Assembly (NCBI RefSeq): GCF_001997385.1
Contig: NZ_CP019633.1
Location: 1,530,001-1,562,000, forward strand
Source of the DNA: Sedimentisphaera cyanobacteriorum
GTDB lineage: Bacteria; Planctomycetota; Phycisphaerae; Sedimentisphaerales; Sedimentisphaeraceae
DNA: 32,000 nucleotides
Direction: 5' to 3'
This document shows positions 9,458 through 18,209 of this stretch, in pieces. The notes under the pieces were generated by a model that did not search any database, was not told the origin of the DNA, and saw only the letters and a program-made list of their open reading frames with translations. The number at the start of each line of letters is the position of its first letter. Within the stretch, counting starts at the first letter, position 1. A program made the translations under genes and the position numbers.

Positions 9458-9823
9458 TCAGAATACAAGTCCGGCTTCTCTGGCAGCATCAGCCAAAGCC
9501 TTAACTCTGCCATGATACCTGTATGCACCGCGATCAAATCTTACAAGCTTAATGCCCACTTCAGAAGCTCTTTTGGCCAGAGTTTCACCAACAGCTTTCG
9601 CTGCTTCGGAATTGCCTCCGTGGCCTATATCTTTTTTCAAAGCTTCCTGCATAGTGCTCGCAGAAGCGAGGGTAACCCCGCTGCGGTCATCAATTACCTG
9701 AGCTGTAATATTTTTATTAGAGCGATAAACAGAGAGTCTGGGGCGATCAGCATCACCTTTGACCTTTTTTCTAACTCTGTATTTGCGCCTTTTATTTGAT
9801 TGCTTAAGTCTTTTATATCTCAT
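9458..9823 (-). CDS. rplR: 50S ribosomal protein L18
   Basis: [20 protein letters not shown]...[24 protein letters not shown] matches L18. Confidence 0.95.
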   Translation of the reverse strand: MRYKRLKQSNKRRKYRVRKKVKGDADRPRLSVYRSNKNITAQVIDDRSGVTLASASTMQEALKKDIGHGGNSEAAKAVGETLAKRASEVGIKLVRFDRGAYRYHGRVKALADAAREAGLVF

Positions 9824-9859
9824 TTTTCAAGCCCGAAACAAAATTTTTCACCTGACAAA

Positions 9860-10426
9860 TTAGGATGCAAATGCCTTACCGACCTTTCGGCGTACAAATT
9901 CATCAGCATAACGCACACCTTTGCCCTGATACGGCTCAGGTGGTCTTGCCGCCCTTACGTTAGCCGCAAACTGACCAAGCTGCTGTTTGTCGATTCCGGA
10001 AATGGTGAACACTGCCGGAACATCATTACCTTTAGTAGCAGCGGTTTTGATCTCTATCGAAATCCCTTTTGGAACAGGGATGTCAACAGTATGGCAGTAA
10101 CCAACGTTTAGGATGAGCTTGCCGCCCTGTTCCTTAACATTGAATCCAGTACCAAAGACCTGCATCTGTTTTGAGAAGCCGCTGGTAACGCCGGTAATCA
10201 TATTATTTACCAGAGCCCGCATTGTTCCAAACATAGCCTGCAGCTTTCTGTCAGCAGGATCTGTATTTTCAAAAACAACGCTGCTTTCTTCAACTTTAAT
10301 GTCTATGCCCGGGTAAGCATTTTCTGAAAGCTCGCCTTTAGGCCCTTTTACTTTGACCTTGCCTGAGCTAACTTCGACACTCACGCCGGAGGGTAAATCT
10401 ATAGGTTTTCTTCCGATACGACTCAT
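9860..10426 (-). CDS. rplF: 50S ribosomal protein L6
   Basis: MSRIGRKPIDLPSGVSVEV...GYCHTV...PEPYQGKGVRY matches L6. Confidence 0.95.
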   Translation of the reverse strand: MSRIGRKPIDLPSGVSVEVSSGKVKVKGPKGELSENAYPGIDIKVEESSVVFENTDPADRKLQAMFGTMRALVNNMITGVTSGFSKQMQVFGTGFNVKEQGGKLILNVGYCHTVDIPVPKGISIEIKTAATKGNDVPAVFTISGIDKQQLGQFAANVRAARPPEPYQGKGVRYADEFVRRKVGKAFAS

Positions 10427-10429
10427 AAT

Positions 10430-10828
10430 TCAGCTCACCGTACATAGAATTTCGCCGCCAACTTTTTTCTTGCGGCAGTTAACATCACTCAACACGCCCT
10501 TGCTTGTTGAGACGATTGACACGCCCAATCCGCCGAGAACCCTGGGCAGATCCTCAAAGCAGCTGTAAACCCTTTTTCCGGGTGTGCTGACTCTCTGCAA
10601 ATCACTGATAACCGGAGTGCCCAGCTCAGAATATTTTAATTTTATGCGAAGAATACCCTGGCCTGTATCCTTGATGAGGTCATAGTCTTTTATGAACCCT
10701 TCACTTAAAAGCACTTGGGCTATACCCTCGCATACTTTACTTGCCTTTACGGTTACTTCTTCTTTTTTCACCATAACTGCATTTCTAATTCTCGTCAGCA
10801 TATCAGCAACTGGATCGCTTAAGCTCAT
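10430..10828 (-). CDS. rpsH: 30S ribosomal protein S8
   Basis: MSLSDPVADMLTRIRNA...GGEILCTV matches S8. Confidence 0.95.
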   Translation of the reverse strand: MSLSDPVADMLTRIRNAVMVKKEEVTVKASKVCEGIAQVLLSEGFIKDYDLIKDTGQGILRIKLKYSELGTPVISDLQRVSTPGKRVYSCFEDLPRVLGGLGVSIVSTSKGVLSDVNCRKKKVGGEILCTVS

Positions 10829-10859
10829 CTATAAAACTCCGTAGTGGAATAATTCTGTA

Positions 10860-11045
10860 TTACCAACTTGTCTTCTTAACGCCCGGGACCTTGCCTTCGT
10901 TGGCAAGCTTCCTGAAACAAATACGACAAATCTTAAATTTTCTGTAAACCGCTCTTGACCTACCGCAGAGCTCACATCTTGTGTATCCGCGTACCCTGAA
11001 TTTGGGTTTCTTTTTTACTTTGTTTTCAAGTGCCTTTGTTGACAT
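10860..11045 (-). CDS. rpsZ: 30S ribosomal protein S14, short zinc-ribbon (type Z) form
   Basis: 61 aa with CELCGR...CRICFR (two CxxC pairs), between rplE and rpsH. Confidence 0.92.
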   Translation of the reverse strand: MSTKALENKVKKKPKFRVRGYTRCELCGRSRAVYRKFKICRICFRKLANEGKVPGVKKTSW

Positions 11046-11062
11046 CGATCACTCCGCTAACA

Positions 11063-11602
11063 TTATTTTTTAAAGGGCATACCAAACATAGTAAGCATCT
11101 CACGACACTCCTGATCGGTATCCGCTGAGGTAACAAACGTTACATTAAGCCCCTGAGGAGCAAACATATTAACCGAATCAATCTCGGGAAAGATGCTCTG
11201 CTCTGCAAATCCAATAGAATAATTGCCTCTTCCGTCGAAACTTTTCGTGCTCAGTCCGCGGAAGTCTTTAACTCTCGGAATCGCAAGGTTAATAAGCCTG
11301 TCAAGGAATTCATACATCATCTCACCTCTGAGAGTAACCTTGCATCCAATGGGCTCACCAGCACGAAGCTTGAAGTTTGAAACACTGATCTTTGCCTTAC
11401 AAACCAGCGGCTTCTGCCCCGATATTGCAGTAAGATCTTTTACTGCCTGGTCCAGATATTTCTTGTCTTGAATTGCATTGCCCACACCCATAGACAAAAC
11501 AACCTTTTCGAGCTTCGGTATTGCCATAACAGACTTGTAACCGAATTTCTCCTGCATTTGTTCAGCAATTTTAGATTTATATAGATCTTTCAATCGTGCC
11601 AT
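11063..11602 (-). CDS. rplE: 50S ribosomal protein L5
   Basis: [12 protein letters not shown]...[16 protein letters not shown] matches L5. Confidence 0.95.
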   Translation of the reverse strand: MARLKDLYKSKIAEQMQEKFGYKSVMAIPKLEKVVLSMGVGNAIQDKKYLDQAVKDLTAISGQKPLVCKAKISVSNFKLRAGEPIGCKVTLRGEMMYEFLDRLINLAIPRVKDFRGLSTKSFDGRGNYSIGFAEQSIFPEIDSVNMFAPQGLNVTFVTSADTDQECREMLTMFGMPFKK

Positions 11603-11616
11603 TTACGTACCTATCT

Positions 11617-11946
11617 TTAAGCTTTCCTCTTGCGTGCTACACCAAGCTCAGTTCCATCGAGAGCAACACGTTTTTTGCCGCCCTCTTTTTCAACGAATTT
11701 AACCCGAGCGCCTTTTTCTGTAGTCGGATTCACAGGCATTACATTGCTGATGTGAATCGGCTGTTCAACAGTAATCTGCCCGCCTTGGGGGTTTTTCTGA
11801 GATGGGCGAACGTGCTTTTTAGCAAGATTGACGCCTTCAATAATCACCTTCTCAGAATTAATAACACTGAGAACATCACCTTTGCGGTCTTTATTAGTGC
11901 CGCTTATTACTACTACTCGATCGCCTTTTTTAATACGTGCTGCCAT
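11617..11946 (-). CDS. rplX: 50S ribosomal protein L24
   Basis: KKGDRVVVISGTNKDRKGDVLSV is a KOW motif, and the operon position fits. Confidence 0.93.
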   Translation of the reverse strand: MAARIKKGDRVVVISGTNKDRKGDVLSVINSEKVIIEGVNLAKKHVRPSQKNPQGGQITVEQPIHISNVMPVNPTTEKGARVKFVEKEGGKKRVALDGTELGVARKRKA

Positions 11947-11957
11947 ATTTGTATCTC

Positions 11958-12347
11958 TTAAACTACTTCACTGGCAAGTGAAATTATTTTCATAAAGTTC
12001 TTCTCACGAAGCTCTCTGGCTACCGCACCAAAGATACGAGTACCGACGGGATTGTTGTCCGCATCAATCATAACCGCTGCATTGCTGTCAAAACGCACAT
12101 AACTGCCGTCAGGTCTGCGTACAGGTGCTTTTGTTCGGACAATCACACACTTGTAAACCTTCTTCTCGTTGAGCTGACAGGTCGGCAGGTGTCTCTTAAC
12201 AGTAACGCTTACGATATCCCCGACAGAAGCAGCAGGCCTTGTGTATTTGCCTTTGCTTGTACCGCTGTGCCCAAGGACTTTGATGCATTGAGCAGTTTTT
12301 ACGCCGCTGTTATCGGCTATTTCCAACATTGTCTCTTGCTGTATCAC
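11958..12347 (-). CDS. rplN: 50S ribosomal protein L14
   Basis: [17 protein letters not shown]...IRFDSNAAV matches L14. It is slightly longer than usual, with an insertion near residues 27-38. Confidence 0.94.
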   Translation of the reverse strand: MIQQETMLEIADNSGVKTAQCIKVLGHSGTSKGKYTRPAASVGDIVSVTVKRHLPTCQLNEKKVYKCVIVRTKAPVRRPDGSYVRFDSNAAVMIDADNNPVGTRIFGAVARELREKNFMKIISLASEVV

Positions 12348-12364
12348 TTGAGTGTCCTCACCGA

Positions 12365-12625
12365 TTATTTAATGTTTGCTTGTTCAACGAGGCCTACAAG
12401 ACGCCAGCTAATGGTCTTGCTGACAGGCCTGCACTCAACAATATCGACAATATCGCCCACACTGGCAATGTTTTTGGGGTCATGTACGCCGAGTTTAGTG
12501 CGGCGTTTAACGTATTTGCCATACACAGGATGCTTGACATTATAATCAATCTGCACCCTAATAGCTTTATCACCGCTGCGGCTGACCACTGTCCCGCGTC
12601 TTGTTTTAAATACCTTGCCTTCCAT
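12365..12625 (-). CDS. rpsQ: 30S ribosomal protein S17
   Basis: [36 protein letters not shown] matches S17. Its ATG overlaps the rpmC stop by 1 nt (TAATG). Confidence 0.94.
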   Translation of the reverse strand: MEGKVFKTRRGTVVSRSGDKAIRVQIDYNVKHPVYGKYVKRRTKLGVHDPKNIASVGDIVDIVECRPVSKTISWRLVGLVEQANIK

Positions 12626-12828
12626 TATTGAGCCTTCAACTGATTTTCTCTAATTAATGTCTTAACTCTGGCAATATCTTTGCGACATTTTGATATTGCA
12701 TATTTATCCTCAAGGTTTTCAGTAACAGACTGCATCCTCAGCTCATAAAGCTTTTTCTGAAACTCTTTGAGCTTTGAGGGTAAATCTTCTTTTTTCAATT
12801 CTCTTAATTCTGAAGCTTTCATCTGCAT
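12625..12828 (-). CDS. rpmC: 50S ribosomal protein L29
   Basis: 67 aa helical protein (ASELRELKKEDL...LYELRMQ) at the expected position. Confidence 0.9.
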   Translation of the reverse strand: MQMKASELRELKKEDLPSKLKEFQKKLYELRMQSVTENLEDKYAISKCRKDIARVKTLIRENQLKAQ

Positions 12829-12834
12829 ACCACC

Positions 12835-13257
12835 TTACGCCATTGAGTGTTTTCTTTGAGTGAAACGACACCTGACAGGCATCTTCTGAGCAACCCTTGC
12901 AAGAGCTGCGCGAGCAAGCTTTTCATCAACGCCTGAGATCTCGAACATCACAGTACCGGGTTTGACGACAGCCACCCAGCCCTCAATATCACCTTTGCCT
13001 TTACCCATACGAGTTTCAAGCGGTGTTGAGGTAAAAGACTTGTGGGGGAAAATACGAATATGAATAGTTCCCTGTCTTCTGAGGTAGTGAGTAGCTGCAA
13101 TACGGCCGGCTTCAATCTGCCTGGCTGTAATCCAGGAATGCTCCAAAGACTGTATTCCGTATTCGCCGAAAGCAACAGTATTGTTGCGTGTGGCGTTTCC
13201 TCTATTTTTTCCCCGCTGCTGCTTGCGGTATTTAACTCTTTTCGGCATTAAAGCCAT
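12835..13257 (-). CDS. rplP: 50S ribosomal protein L16
   Basis: [13 protein letters not shown]...[19 protein letters not shown] matches L16. Confidence 0.95.
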   Translation of the reverse strand: MALMPKRVKYRKQQRGKNRGNATRNNTVAFGEYGIQSLEHSWITARQIEAGRIAATHYLRRQGTIHIRIFPHKSFTSTPLETRMGKGKGDIEGWVAVVKPGTVMFEISGVDEKLARAALARVAQKMPVRCRFTQRKHSMA

Positions 13258-13295
13258 AGCAATATCCTCGCACTGTAATAAGTGTTAGTTTCTAT

Positions 13296-14024
13296 CTAAA
13301 ATGAGCCGTTTCTTTTCGGTTTATTTCTTCTGCCGCCGCCTTTGCCGCCGCGCGGCCTGCGTCCCTTGTTATCCGGCTGAACCTCTTCGCCAAACTTGCC
13401 CTTGAAAATCCATACCTTCACGCCTATAGTACCGTATGTAGTACGGGCAATTGAATTGTTGTAATCAACGTTGGCATCGATTGTCTGAAGCGGGATAGAG
13501 CCCATTTTCTGAGTTTCTCTTCTGGACATTTCAGAACCGCCCAGACGCCCGGAAACGATGATCTTAACGCCCTTCGCTCCAGCATTCATTACCGCCTCGC
13601 ACTGCATTTTCATTACTCGGCGGAAAGATGCCCTTCTGCTGAGCTGCATTGCAATTGAATCTGCAACGAGCTTTGAGTTTAGCGAGGCTTCCTTAATTTC
13701 TACCACATTCACGCTGACTTTTCTGTTAATCAGCGCTTCGATTTCTTCTCTTACCTTATCGACCTCAGCACCCTTCGGGCCGATTACCATACCCGGCCTT
13801 GCAGTATGAAGTGTAACCTTTACTTCATTGCGGGTTCTTGCGATTTCGGTTTTCGCTACGGCTGAGTAGGGAGGCTGATTATTGAATCGTTCTTCAACAA
13901 ATTCTCTGATTTTGCAGTCTTCGACAATAAAATCGCCGTAATTTGCCTTAGGGGCAAACCAAGTGCTCTGCCAATCAAGCCTAATTCCTGTCCTGAAACC
14001 AACTGGTGATGTTTTCTGACCCAT
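13296..14024 (-). CDS. rpsC: 30S ribosomal protein S3
   Basis: MGQKTSPVGFRTGI... with a KH domain (GMVIGPKGAEVDK) and a basic Gly/Arg-rich C-terminal tail. Confidence 0.95.
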   Translation of the reverse strand: MGQKTSPVGFRTGIRLDWQSTWFAPKANYGDFIVEDCKIREFVEERFNNQPPYSAVAKTEIARTRNEVKVTLHTARPGMVIGPKGAEVDKVREEIEALINRKVSVNVVEIKEASLNSKLVADSIAMQLSRRASFRRVMKMQCEAVMNAGAKGVKIIVSGRLGGSEMSRRETQKMGSIPLQTIDANVDYNNSIARTTYGTIGVKVWIFKGKFGEEVQPDNKGRRPRGGKGGGRRNKPKRNGSF

Positions 14025-14030
14025 ACTATT

Positions 14031-14582
14031 TTATTCCTCTGTAAATTGAGCAACCGTAACGTAAATATGACAAGCCTCTTTCCTTATAGGATGAGCTCTA
14101 CCGCGGTCTTTAGGTATAAAACCTTTTGTCCCGATACGTCTTCCTGCCCCGTCAACCCGAGCCTCTGCAACGTAAAGGGTTTCCACATCCGCTTCTTCTT
14201 CATCTGCATTGGCCACAGCACTTTTAAGCACCTGAAGAATCATAGACGCAGAACGCTTGGGGGTAAATTTGAGTATATCTTCAGCATCCCGCACATGTCT
14301 TCCCCTGATAAGGTCTGCAACAAGCCTAACCTTCCGGGCAGACTGAGGAGCGTATCTGAAAGTGGCATTCCAAGCCTTTAGCTCGGAGGCATCCACGTTC
14401 AGGGTTTGAGCCAAGGCATCAATATGGTCGTTTTTCGGCTGGGGCTTCATAAGACCGTTTTTCCAGTTTTTAACAGCCTTCTTCGATGAACCGCCCAGCG
14501 TGCTTTCCAGAGAGGAAGCAATATCTTCCACTTTGAAAGTGCTGTTGTCGATAATTTCGTTTAGTCTTCTAACGTTTAACAT
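14031..14582 (-). CDS. rplV: 50S ribosomal protein L22 with an N-terminal extension of about 70 aa
   Basis: The L22 core starts near residue 73: FRYAPQSARKVRLVADLIRGRHVRDAEDIL. The upstream 70 aa are in frame from the ATG at 14582, which lies 38 nt after the rpsS stop. Confidence 0.85.
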   Translation of the reverse strand: MLNVRRLNEIIDNSTFKVEDIASSLESTLGGSSKKAVKNWKNGLMKPQPKNDHIDALAQTLNVDASELKAWNATFRYAPQSARKVRLVADLIRGRHVRDAEDILKFTPKRSASMILQVLKSAVANADEEEADVETLYVAEARVDGAGRRIGTKGFIPKDRGRAHPIRKEACHIYVTVAQFTEE

Positions 14583-14620
14583 AGCAAACCTTAATGTATA
14601 TCTCCGGCATCAACCGAATA

Positions 14621-14884
14621 TTATTGACGAGTACCATGGCCCTTGAAGGTTCTAGTAGGGGCAAATTCCCCGAGCTTGTGCCCAACCATATCCTCAGTTA
14701 TGAAAACCTTAACAAAGCTGCGTCCGTTGTGCACCTCGAAGGTATAACCTACGAACTCAGGAATAACTGTTGACCTTCTAGACCATGTTCTAACTGGCTG
14801 TTTTGTCCCAGCTTCCATCTGCTGTGCGACCTTCTCAAGGAGATGGTCATCTACAAAAGGACCTTTTTTCAGCGATCTTGCCAT
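14621..14884 (-). CDS. rpsS: 30S ribosomal protein S19
   Basis: [19 protein letters not shown]...[16 protein letters not shown] matches S19. Confidence 0.95.
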   Translation of the reverse strand: MARSLKKGPFVDDHLLEKVAQQMEAGTKQPVRTWSRRSTVIPEFVGYTFEVHNGRSFVKVFITEDMVGHKLGEFAPTRTFKGHGTRQ

Positions 14885-14912
14885 TAAACTTCACCTTTTT
14901 ATCACTATTGGA

Positions 14913-15767
14913 TTAAAGAACCAACTGCTCGCCGCGGTTGTTCTTACGACGCCTGATTATTCTCTTACTGCTCTGCTTCTTCTTATGGCGGGTTTTTCCG
15001 CCCTTGGCAAACCTGCCGGTTGGAGAACAGGGGTGCCGCCCGCCGTTGCTCCTGCCTTCACCACCACCCATCGGGTGTGAAACAGGGTTTTGGGCTTTGC
15101 CTCGTACGTGAGGTCTGCGTCCCATGTGGCGTTTTCTGCCGGCTTTGCCGATACGTACATTCTGGTAGTCGCTGTTGCCGAGCTGGCCGATTGTTGCGCG
15201 GCACTCAACACGAACCATTCTCATTTCACCGCTGGGAAGGATAATTGTTGCCCAGCCGCCTTCTTTAGCCATCACTCTGGCTGTGCCCCCGGCGCTTCTC
15301 ACGAGCTTTCCGCCCTGACCGGGATTCATCTCGATGTTGTGAACGGCAACGCCTACCGGTATATTTTTCAGAGGCATTGCATTGCCTACTACCGGCTCAA
15401 CATTTTCGCCGCTTATTATTTTTGAATTAACATTAAGCCCGCGGGGCGAAAGTATGTATCTTTTTTCGCCGTCTTCATATTCTACAAGTGAAATGAAGCA
15501 GTTTCTGTTTGGATCGTATTCAACGCTCTGAACCTCAGCGCTGAGCCCGTCTTTATCGCGGTTGAAATCTATGATGCGGTATATCCTTCTTGCTCCACCG
15601 CCTCTGAAACGACAGGTTGTTCTGCCGTGATGATTTCTTCCGCCGCTTTTACGCAATCTTTTACAGAGCGTCTTTTCGGGTTTGTCTGTAGTCAGAACAG
15701 CTCTGTAATCAATTACAGAAGAATATCTTCTTCCCGGACTTGTTGGTTTATATATTCTAATAGCCAT
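14913..15767 (-). CDS. rplB: 50S ribosomal protein L2
   Basis: MAIRIYKPTSPGRR...HPMGGGEGR matches L2. Confidence 0.95.
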   Translation of the reverse strand: MAIRIYKPTSPGRRYSSVIDYRAVLTTDKPEKTLCKRLRKSGGRNHHGRTTCRFRGGGARRIYRIIDFNRDKDGLSAEVQSVEYDPNRNCFISLVEYEDGEKRYILSPRGLNVNSKIISGENVEPVVGNAMPLKNIPVGVAVHNIEMNPGQGGKLVRSAGGTARVMAKEGGWATIILPSGEMRMVRVECRATIGQLGNSDYQNVRIGKAGRKRHMGRRPHVRGKAQNPVSHPMGGGEGRSNGGRHPCSPTGRFAKGGKTRHKKKQSSKRIIRRRKNNRGEQLVL

Positions 15768-15787
15768 AATAATGCCTTAATCAACTT

Positions 15788-16066
15788 TTAGTACAGGTCT
15801 ATTCTGTCTTCCTCATTCAGCACAACCACAGCTTTCTTCCAGCTTGGGGTCATACCGAAACTGCGCCCTCTTCTTCGAGTTTTGCCTTTGCGGTTCATCG
15901 TGCGAACCTTTTCAACTTTCACACCATAGATGTCTTCTACAGCTTTGCGAATCTGTAATTTGTTCGCCTTTTTATTAACCTCAAAGGCGTATGCATTTTT
16001 GCTGGTAGCATAATGCATGCTCTGTTCGGTTATTATCGGCTTTATTATTACGTTGCAATAATCCAC
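15788..16066 (-). CDS. rplW: 50S ribosomal protein L23
   Basis: 92 aa (IIKPIITEQS...YAFEVNKKANKLQIRKAVE) between rplD and rplB. Confidence 0.92.
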   Translation of the reverse strand: MDYCNVIIKPIITEQSMHYATSKNAYAFEVNKKANKLQIRKAVEDIYGVKVEKVRTMNRKGKTRRRGRSFGMTPSWKKAVVVLNEEDRIDLY

Positions 16067-16112
16067 TTTTTCACCTTGTCGAATCAGGTTTATACGTGTT
16101 CAAATCTTCCGC

Positions 16113-16730
16113 TCAACCATTAAGCAGCTTTTCAAATGCCTCTTTAGTAAAAAGGAGCTTCTGCTTAGAGCAGACCTCGCCGGCATTTAAATCTTTCAGG
16201 GCAGCTACATCAATTTTCTGAATATTTTTTGCTGACTTATATACATTCGTATCATAATCGCCAAGTGTAACAAGGCAGCTTCTGTCTATATTGAGATTTT
16301 TCAGTATTCCGGCCATTTCTCTTGTTTTAGGCTCGGAGAAAGAAAGCTCATCTATCACAAACAAAGCACCGGACTGCAGCTTCGCAAGCAAAGCACTTTT
16401 GCAAGCCAGATTTCTCTGCTTTCTCGGCATCTTCTTACCGAAATCTCTCACGCTTTTTGCAAATGCAGCACCACCGCCTACACGCTTGTGGGTTCTCATA
16501 TTACCAACACGAGCGTTTCCGGTGCCCTTCTGCCTGAAAAGCTTTTTCGAAGAACCGGCAACCATTCCGCGGCTCTTTGTTGCCGCAGTACCAACGCGTT
16601 TATTAGCGTGGTACATTACGATTGCCTGCTTTAGCAACGGGTAGCGAACTTCGCCTCCGAACGACTCTTCGTTCACAGAAATCGTATCTACCTGCTGGCC
16701 GTCTTTATTAAATACAGTAACGTCAATCAT
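16113..16730 (-). CDS. rplD: 50S ribosomal protein L4
   Basis: KSRGMVAGSSKKLFRQKGTGNARVGNMR matches L4. Confidence 0.94.
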   Translation of the reverse strand: MIDVTVFNKDGQQVDTISVNEESFGGEVRYPLLKQAIVMYHANKRVGTAATKSRGMVAGSSKKLFRQKGTGNARVGNMRTHKRVGGGAAFAKSVRDFGKKMPRKQRNLACKSALLAKLQSGALFVIDELSFSEPKTREMAGILKNLNIDRSCLVTLGDYDTNVYKSAKNIQKIDVAALKDLNAGEVCSKQKLLFTKEAFEKLLNG

Positions 16731-16747
16731 TTTATCGGCTTCCTGTC

Positions 16748-17407
16748 TTATTGCTTATTCTTAGCGGTCTTGGCTGTTTTCACAATTACATATCCGCCTG
16801 AAGGGCCTGGAATCGCTCCTTTAACTACAAGCAGATTCTTGTCCGAATCAATGCTCACCAACTCGTGGTTTTTCGTAGTAACTTTAACGTTTCCGGTATG
16901 CCCTGACATCTTTTTGCCCTTTTTGATGTTTCCGCCTTCACCTGCATCGCTGGCAAAACTTGCAATCGAACCACTAGCTCGGTGTTTTCTTTCTGTACCG
17001 TGAGTAGCAGGGAAACCTCCAAAGCCGTGCCTTTTCATCCCGCCAGCAAAACCTTTACCTTTGCTTGTGCCTACCACATCAACATATTTTGTTCCATCGA
17101 ACACATCTACATTAATCTTCTGACCAAGCTCAAATTCAGATTCGGAATTACCGTTGAGCCTCATCTCCCGCACAAACTTTTTAGGAGCAGCGCCGGCCTT
17201 TTTATAATGCCCAACCATAGGCTTTTTAGCTCTTGACGGTTTAACATCATCAAAGCCAATTTGTACGGCATCATAACCGTCTGTCTGCTCGTTTTTTACC
17301 TGAGTAACGATACAGGGGCCGGCTTCTATGACAGTAACGGGCTTGATGCTTCCGTCTTCATCATAGATTCTTGTCATGCCCACTTTTTTTCCTAGCAACA
17401 TTGTCAT
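16748..17407 (-). CDS. rplC: 50S ribosomal protein L3
   Basis: LLGKKVGMTRIYDEDG...TSKGKGFAGGMKRHGF matches L3. Confidence 0.95.
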   Translation of the reverse strand: MTMLLGKKVGMTRIYDEDGSIKPVTVIEAGPCIVTQVKNEQTDGYDAVQIGFDDVKPSRAKKPMVGHYKKAGAAPKKFVREMRLNGNSESEFELGQKINVDVFDGTKYVDVVGTSKGKGFAGGMKRHGFGGFPATHGTERKHRASGSIASFASDAGEGGNIKKGKKMSGHTGNVKVTTKNHELVSIDSDKNLLVVKGAIPGPSGGYVIVKTAKTAKNKQ

Positions 17408-17458
17408 TTTACGTTTCCTTCAGTTCTCAGCCTAAATAAAGCTTATCAGCTTTTCATA

Positions 17459-17773
17459 TCAGGCCTTGATCTTTACAAATACACCCGCTGGAACGACTAA
17501 TCTGTTGAGAGCCTCTACTGTTCTGCTGTTGGCTTCGAGAATATCTATGAGCCTTTTGTGAGTACGAATCTCAAACTGCTCACGAGCCTTTTTGTTCACG
17601 TGAGGACTTCGAAGTACAGTGTAGCGTTCTATCCTTGTTGGAAGCGGAACCGGACCTGATACCTTAGCGTTGGTCCGCCTCGCCTGCTCAACAATCTCTT
17701 TTGCCGAGCCGTCGAGGGCTTTGTGATCGTATGCTTCCATACGGATACGTATCTTTTCAACTTCAGCTGCCAT
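17459..17773 (-). CDS. rpsJ: 30S ribosomal protein S10
   Basis: [15 protein letters not shown]...[29 protein letters not shown] matches S10. It is the first gene of the cluster. Confidence 0.95.
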   Translation of the reverse strand: MAAEVEKIRIRMEAYDHKALDGSAKEIVEQARRTNAKVSGPVPLPTRIERYTVLRSPHVNKKAREQFEIRTHKRLIDILEANSRTVEALNRLVVPAGVFVKIKA

Positions 17774-17975
17774 AATTTCCCTTAGAGTTTCAGCTTAATA
17801 TATGCCGGAGGCATTAACTAAAAGTAAAATTTTCTTCTAACTTCAGCGAAGCGAACCGCAAGGTTTGGTAAGTGAGCGGGATGATATTAGCCTGCAAGAC
17901 TGCTTCAGCCCTGCGTGCAAATAGCCCCACTCGATACGCACAGCATTACTAACTGTGCTCGCTTCGGCTGTGAAG
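17774..17975 (-). promoter_or_regulatory. Structured 5' leader of about 200 nt for the S10 operon (candidate r-protein autoregulatory leader)
   Basis: It lies between the predicted promoter and the rpsJ ATG. Hand-found helices follow. A long-range pairing joins 17947-17965 (CTTCACAGCCGAAGCGAGC) to 17841-17859 (GCGGTTCGCTTCGCTGAAG). Internal hairpins are GCACAG-ttagtaat-GCTGTGC and GAGTGGGG...TCCCGCTC. A small hairpin, ATGCC-TCC-GGCAT, sits near the RBS. Confidence 0.45.
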
Positions 17976-17981
17976 AGCTAA

Positions 17982-18010
17982 GATAATATCCACAGGTGCG
18001 GAGGGAGTCA
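17982..18010 (-). promoter_or_regulatory. Sigma70-type promoter of the S10-spc-alpha cluster
   Basis: The minus strand reads TTGACT (18010..18005), a 17 nt spacer, then TATTAT (17987..17982). It lies just downstream of the terminator of the preceding gene. Confidence 0.6.
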
Positions 18011-18126
18011 AGGATAAAAATATAATTTTTTGAAATTTTGCTGAGTTTATTAAAAGAATGCCTGCCGGCAGGGTTAATCAGCTTAAAAATAATGGTAAAT
18101 GAGCCAACCAGACGAACCGCGGCGTT

Positions 18127-18161
18127 ATAAAAAAACTGCCGCAAGCTTACACCTGCGGCAG
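18127..18161 (-). terminator. Rho-independent terminator of the GH127-like gene
   Basis: The minus strand reads CTGCCGCA-GGTGTAAGCT-TGCGGCAG, a perfect 8 bp stem, followed by T7. Confidence 0.75.
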
Positions 18162-18209
18162 TATCGTTGATTTTATTATACAAAGCCTTGTAATTATATT
18201 ACGATATCC

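Noticed and set aside
14388-14390. Internal GTG as an alternative L22 start that would remove the N-terminal extension
   Set aside because: It has no RBS-like sequence upstream, and it would leave an untranslated gap of about 230 nt in an operon whose other spacers are under 50 nt. It is kept as the stated refutation test for the L22 finding.
2507-17236. Dozens of 60-180 aa ORFs antisense to, or out of frame with, the ribosomal, secY, adk, map and rpoA genes (for example 2553-3092 plus strand, 3336-4184 plus strand, 14957-15211 minus strand)
   Set aside because: All of them overlap strongly supported conserved genes. I treat them as frame-shadow ORFs with no independent support.
17905-18183. 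92 aa minus-strand ORF between the GH127-like gene and rpsJ
   Set aside because: It spans a rho-independent terminator, the S10 promoter and the structured leader. Its composition is low-complexity, and it has no RBS or motifs.
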